In this document: piece by piece, positions 55,169-59,528 of the stretch
How positions within the stretch are numbered: position 1 is the stretch's first letter
How the letters are laid out: each line of letters starts with the position of its first letter
Virus record (IMG/VR): IMGVR_UViG_3300025151_000039
Span: 1-59,528 of that record
Source: a virus
Lineage: Duplodnaviria > Caudoviricetes
Length of the DNA stretch: 59,528 nucleotides
Strand: one strand, 5' to 3'
Notes under the pieces: generated by a model
Database searches by the model: none
Seen by the model: only the letters and a program-made list of their open reading frames with translations
Told to the model about the DNA's origin: nothing
Program-made: the position numbers and the translations under genes

Positions 55169-56722
55169 TTAATTCCTTGTCTGAGCTTGTTGTGGTACGC
55201 CTAGTATTTCTGCAAACTCATTTTTAAGAGTAATATAAAGCTGTGTATTTATCTCAACTTCTTTAGAGACTTTATTTAATAAAGCTGAATACTTTGCACT
55301 AGTAGTTTGAGTTTCAGTGGAAAGCTCACTTAATTTAGTAGAAATATAATTTAACCTAGCTGTATTCATTTCACTATCTTCTTCTGTGCTAATCCAGGTA
55401 TTGGCATCTGTAAAATCAGAAGCTAAATCTGCAGATAGACTGCTAAATGCATCACTAGGAAGACTTGCTATTGCTGTTTTTATATTGTGCAAACAAACCC
55501 TACTAGCAGCATGAACCACTACAGCTCTGTCATACTTTTTAGGGAAATTTCCTACAAACTCTCTTTCTGAATTTGTAGCAGCTAACCTAAACTTTCCTCT
55601 CCCATAATCAAAATATTGCTTTGTCCATGTATGACTAGGGTCTATTTCATCATCGCCCGGCTCTTCTTGCTCAGTCCCGCTAAAAGACGGTATTGAGACT
55701 ATATGGGCAAGAGCTTTTGTAATTCTTACTCTATATCCTTGGCCTGAATAATTTCTATTCCAAAAATAAATATTACCTTTTTCTGAATAAGGAGTTGAGG
55801 TATCTTTAAACCACGACCACCATCTATAGTTTATACCTCCAGCAGTATCTTCTTTTAAAAAATTAGTTCTAACAGCATCAACGGCTGATACAAAAGCATC
55901 GTAATTAGCAAAACTACCATCTGCTATTATATCTGCTTGCATAAAAAATTCATTAAAATAAACAGGGATAGTAACAGTATTATCACCAACAGCTATTATA
56001 TTCCAAGGACCGCCTAAAAGAGCTGATGGATTGCCGTAAAAAGTTTTTGTTAATTTTCTATTTTCATTTCTTGCATCATTCTGGACTATAGTAATCTGAT
56101 CTCCAGTAGAAAAATTATGAGCTACTTTTGCAGAATTAGCAATACCTGCTTGAATAACATCTGGAATATTATCATAAGTTCCATCTCCAACGGTCCAGGC
56201 ACCAGTATCATTAGTATTGTCATTGTGAAGCTTTGTAGCTAAATAAGTATCTGGTAAAGCCCCAAAGGTTAAATCTGTATAATGGTTTCCCGATGCATCG
56301 GTAGTAATTGATTGGCTGAAAAATATATGAGTATCGTCATTTTCCACAGCAGCAGTAGTAGTACTAACTCTAGGAAGAACTCTTATCTTTCCACCTTCTT
56401 TGTAAAAAGCAGGATATTCAACGGTTGCATATTCTAAACTATTGGAATCAGCAGCCCTATTTTTTAAAGATGGAGCTATTTCTCTGCAAGTTTTGTAAGA
56501 CCCAGAATTATCTGCTCTTTCAACATATCTTACAATACCTGTTCCATCATCTACTCCAGAATCATCTAAGAATACAGCAGTAGTTGTAAATAAATCTAAA
56601 TCTACAGGATTGGTTTTTTGAAGAGTTTGTATTACAGCTAAACCAGCATCTTCTATCCACTGTAAAAGACTAAGTCCACCTGGTACAGACGTTATAGATG
56701 CTATTTCTGTTTCGTAGTTCAT
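55169..56722 (-). CDS. Virion structural protein (ring/neck-like with insertion)
   Basis: YATVEYPAFY.EGGKIRVLP ... FPKKYDRAVVVHAA with a coiled-coil C-terminus. Confidence 0.5.
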   Translation of the reverse strand: MNYETEIASITSVPGGLSLLQWIEDAGLAVIQTLQKTNPVDLDLFTTTAVFLDDSGVDDGTGIVRYVERADNSGSYKTCREIAPSLKNRAADSNSLEYATVEYPAFYKEGGKIRVLPRVSTTTAAVENDDTHIFFSQSITTDASGNHYTDLTFGALPDTYLATKLHNDNTNDTGAWTVGDGTYDNIPDVIQAGIANSAKVAHNFSTGDQITIVQNDARNENRKLTKTFYGNPSALLGGPWNIIAVGDNTVTIPVYFNEFFMQADIIADGSFANYDAFVSAVDAVRTNFLKEDTAGGINYRWWSWFKDTSTPYSEKGNIYFWNRNYSGQGYRVRITKALAHIVSIPSFSGTEQEEPGDDEIDPSHTWTKQYFDYGRGKFRLAATNSEREFVGNFPKKYDRAVVVHAASRVCLHNIKTAIASLPSDAFSSLSADLASDFTDANTWISTEEDSEMNTARLNYISTKLSELSTETQTTSAKYSALLNKVSKEVEINTQLYITLKNEFAEILGVPQQAQTRN

Positions 56723-57064
56723 TTATGAATAAACTATTGTTACCGAGCAAGTTGCGCTACCAGTCAAAGTAACATCTGCATAAATAGCTGATGTGAACTC
56801 TACTCCAGCTGATGGAGAAAACATCCATGATTGAGCTGCAGCAGTAGCTACGAAAGAAAGAAGTGCAGTACCTGAGTTATCTGCGCTATTTTTAATTTCT
56901 ATTTTATCCCCGGCAGTAGCCCCGTTAACTGAGACCATTACAGAATGAACAGTTCCAGCAGTAGCTTTCACCTGACCATCTGCTGTAAGAACTTTCGCAG
57001 AAACACCGCCTACAATTTGGTTTAAAGCTTCTTGAGATGTGTATTTAGTTATATTTGATGCCAT
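56723..57064 (-). CDS. Small beta-rich virion protein
   Basis: 113 aa, GVEFTSAIYADVT. Confidence 0.55.
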   Translation of the reverse strand: MASNITKYTSQEALNQIVGGVSAKVLTADGQVKATAGTVHSVMVSVNGATAGDKIEIKNSADNSGTALLSFVATAAAQSWMFSPSAGVEFTSAIYADVTLTGSATCSVTIVYS

Positions 57065-57219
57065 TTAATTCTCCGCTAATATAAGGCTCGCCCCGAGAGG
57101 AGGACGCTGTGAACTCAAGAAATGCACAAGAGAAAGAGCGAGCCCTAATAATTAATTAATTGTAACCTTATAGGGATAGAAATCCCAATAGTCCTCAGGT
57201 AATGTGATTGTCGCTATTA

Positions 57220-57534
57220 TCATGCTTCGTAATATGTTTTATTCGGAACAACCAATGCATGTGCTGTAAATGCACCAAGGTCAACTGCGCCTCCAGTACT
57301 ATTACTTAAAGTAAGAGTAACTGTATCTGCCGCCGTAACTGAAGCACTTACTGATAGATCTTCTGGATCTATACTGATGCTCCCTAAGACAAAGTCTCCT
57401 AAAGCCGCACCTGCTACAGTTATAGAAACATCTATAACATCATCATTAGCAAGTGATGCAGGATCAGATACAGCTACAGATCCTTGCAACAATTTTCCTT
57501 CCGGGTGTTTGGCAAACCAATAATTTTTAGCCAT
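57220..57534 (-). CDS. Putative capsid decoration / minor head protein
   Basis: Directly after the major capsid gene; ITVAGAALGDFV...ASVTAADTVTL.L.N.TGGAVDL. Confidence 0.6.
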   Translation of the reverse strand: MAKNYWFAKHPEGKLLQGSVAVSDPASLANDDVIDVSITVAGAALGDFVLGSISIDPEDLSVSASVTAADTVTLTLSNSTGGAVDLGAFTAHALVVPNKTYYEA

Positions 57535-57553
57535 AATTTATCCTTTCTAAGTT

Positions 57554-57577
57554 AAAAGAGCCCTCCGAAGAGGGCTC
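57554..57577 (-). terminator. Rho-independent terminator after major capsid gene
   Basis: GAGCCCTC-TTCG-GAGGGCTC-TTTT on the minus strand (UUCG loop). Confidence 0.85.
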
Positions 57578-57592
57578 AAATTAATTGTTATG

Positions 57593-59308
57593 TTATAACC
57601 AAACTGCGTGAGTTTCAGGAGCAGAGAACTCAAATCCAAGATCAGCTTGAATTAAATCTACTCTATAATCTTCACCGGAGTTTTTAACAGTTTTAACACC
57701 AGGATAAACAGTCACATCACGATTAACACCGTTACCAATTAATGGTCTAATTGCACATGCGCTCATATTAGCACAGATCATTTTCACATTTGTTTGATCT
57801 AAGTGAATGTCTCTAACAAGTTTAATAGTTGTGCCATCAACATCGAATGAACGATATTTAACACCAGCCATTTTTCCTGTTCCTGAAAACTGAATATTAT
57901 AATTAGGGCTAATTTCAGCATTATTCTTCATGAATCCACCTAATTTAGCATGCCAGTTCCAAACCTCAGTATTACAATAGTATACTGAAGATTGTTTGCC
58001 ACCTACCATAAATCTAGGATCATGTAAAGCTGATAATTGCTCTAAGTAATCATCTACAGTGTGAGCAGAGCTCCATGAGAATGAGTTACCATTATTAAGA
58101 ATAAAGTTTACAATACCTTCAGTATATGTAATACCGTCATCATCAGTTTCTTGTTGCCCAAAATAACCTGCTTGACCAATTTCCCATGTCATTTCAGTCA
58201 TTTTATCTTTCCACTCATTAGCCCATGGATTTTCACCAAATTTAAGTTTAGTTGCCATCGCACGACCAGACATCATTGCTGTCTTTTTAAAGATTTGAGT
58301 TTGACCATAATCGGTTGAAAATGGTTGTTGCTTCCAAGTAGACCCATAACCACTTAATTCATGATAAGCAGTACCTGAGATATACATTCTCATTGGCTCT
58401 AATTTAGCAGCTAATGAAGTTGTAGAAGTTGCACCTGGATTTACATCAGGAATAACAGGAGAAGCGTGAGCTCCACCCATAGAGCAAGGAACTAAATCAG
58501 TAGTAGCTTTAACTAGTTTACATCTTAAAACAACACCCTCTGCAACGTCAGCTCCACTATGAACTGCTTTCCATTTAGCAACTGATGTAATTCGAGCTAA
58601 TGCATAATCTGTAGGTTTATTTGCATCTCCAACAGCATTTTTAACAGGTATTCTAACTACTTGGTTAGGTAAAAACCATGTAGGGGTAGTCATAGGACCA
58701 GCACAAGCTGCATTTCCAGAAGTGTTACCAATTTTATTTGTAATATTTCCATGAACTTTATAATCACCACCTACTAAAATACTAAAACCTGCATTTACAG
58801 CACTTGGTAAAGCATCATCGTCATGCGCAGCTGCAGCTAAATTTGTATCATCTTGAACAGCGGCTAAAGCAGCTGAGTTCCATGTAGCTCCACCTGCAGC
58901 AATATCAAGTTTTTCAGCTACAGCAGCATGTGAGTCTGTATTATTAACACCTAAAACATAACCATATCTTTTGAATGTTGCTAAATCTCTTTTAATAGCA
59001 TATTCAAATTTAAAGTCATCAGTTGGCTTCTTTTTGAATTTTGTTAATAAGTGAATAAAAGGATCTCTCTGAAAAGAAAGATTTGTGTAAGTATTACCAA
59101 AGTTATAGGCACGTCCAAGATCCCCTAAATCTGGAGAACTGTTTGTCCCTGTTCTTTGGTTCGTATTTGTAACATTAAAATTATCCCCTGCCCATGGGTT
59201 ATTTTGAACAGGATTCTCAATTGTATGTGGATTACCTGGAGATATTTGCGAACCTTCAACTTGGTTTCCACCACCAGGAGTTATCCCTGAATAGTCATTA
59301 TTAGCCAT
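57593..59308 (-). CDS. Major capsid protein
   Basis: 571 aa after the scaffold, followed by a strong terminator; YGQTQIFKKT, EIGQAGYFG, YTEGI and DLIQADLGFEFSAPETHAV are HK97-fold-type segments. Confidence 0.85.
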   Translation of the reverse strand: MANNDYSGITPGGGNQVEGSQISPGNPHTIENPVQNNPWAGDNFNVTNTNQRTGTNSSPDLGDLGRAYNFGNTYTNLSFQRDPFIHLLTKFKKKPTDDFKFEYAIKRDLATFKRYGYVLGVNNTDSHAAVAEKLDIAAGGATWNSAALAAVQDDTNLAAAAHDDDALPSAVNAGFSILVGGDYKVHGNITNKIGNTSGNAACAGPMTTPTWFLPNQVVRIPVKNAVGDANKPTDYALARITSVAKWKAVHSGADVAEGVVLRCKLVKATTDLVPCSMGGAHASPVIPDVNPGATSTTSLAAKLEPMRMYISGTAYHELSGYGSTWKQQPFSTDYGQTQIFKKTAMMSGRAMATKLKFGENPWANEWKDKMTEMTWEIGQAGYFGQQETDDDGITYTEGIVNFILNNGNSFSWSSAHTVDDYLEQLSALHDPRFMVGGKQSSVYYCNTEVWNWHAKLGGFMKNNAEISPNYNIQFSGTGKMAGVKYRSFDVDGTTIKLVRDIHLDQTNVKMICANMSACAIRPLIGNGVNRDVTVYPGVKTVKNSGEDYRVDLIQADLGFEFSAPETHAVWL

Positions 59309-59367
59309 TTATAGCCTCACTTTCATTTAGTGTTCTGAGGCTAGGATAAGAAAATTTTTACTTTAGC

Positions 59368-59528
59368 CTAGAACGGGTTATCGTCGTCTGCGAACGGATT
59401 ACCAAACATTGTCTGGAAATTCTGTTCTTCGCTAGTCATACCTTGACCAGCATTATTAGCGCCACCTATACTGGTGGGAATGTTTCTAACGGCTTGCATT
59501 TGATTCATCATTTCTTGTTGAGTAGACT
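59368..59528 (-). CDS. Capsid scaffolding protein, C-terminal part (continues from 718-1)
   Basis: ...QQSTQQEMMNQMQAVRNIPTSIGGANNAG...FADDDNPF* is in frame when the 9-bp overlap is merged. Confidence 0.75.
   Translation of the reverse strand, partial: STQQEMMNQMQAVRNIPTSIGGANNAGQGMTSEEQNFQTMFGNPFADDDNPF
59520..59528. repeat. Terminal direct repeat / circular overlap, copy 2
   Basis: Identical to bases 1-9. Confidence 0.85.

Noticed and set aside
57155-57215. Hammerhead-like CTGAGGA plus stem on the minus strand
   Set aside because: No GAAA after the stem; appears to be an ordinary imperfect hairpin.
1-59528. Prophage or temperate lifestyle
   Set aside because: No integrase, repressor/antirepressor pair, partition genes or flanking host genes were recognised.

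Overview
This window looks like a complete, circularly closed genome (about 59,519 bp) of an AT-rich tailed dsDNA phage with podovirus/crAss-like virion architecture. Bases 1-9 equal 59520-59528, and a scaffold-like ORF reads in frame across the join. The minus strand carries the packaging and virion module: TerS, TerL, portal, scaffold, major capsid, tail proteins, lysis genes and large internal proteins. One internal protein is a 3120-aa putative virion RNA polymerase with a DFDFD catalytic motif. The plus strand (about 6.2-21.8 kb) carries early and replication genes: Sak4-like ATPase, SSB-like protein, primase-polymerase/helicase, RuvC-like resolvase and Cas4-like nuclease. Four things stand out. 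(1) An apparently complete phage-encoded ubiquitin-like conjugation operon (E2-like, JAB, E1/ThiF, Ubl ending GG-K) at 10.8-14.6 kb. (2) An early RNA-rich island with a canonical pistol self-cleaving ribozyme, three large structured non-coding segments, a tRNA(CAU) and a polynucleotide-kinase-like gene. (3) An atypical long-variable-arm tRNA(GUU) next to an Asn/Asp-tRNA-synthetase-like catalytic-domain gene. (4) Recurrent intergenic hairpins carrying anti-Shine-Dalgarno sequences. All calls come from motif recognition and manual base-pairing; no searches or folding programs were run.
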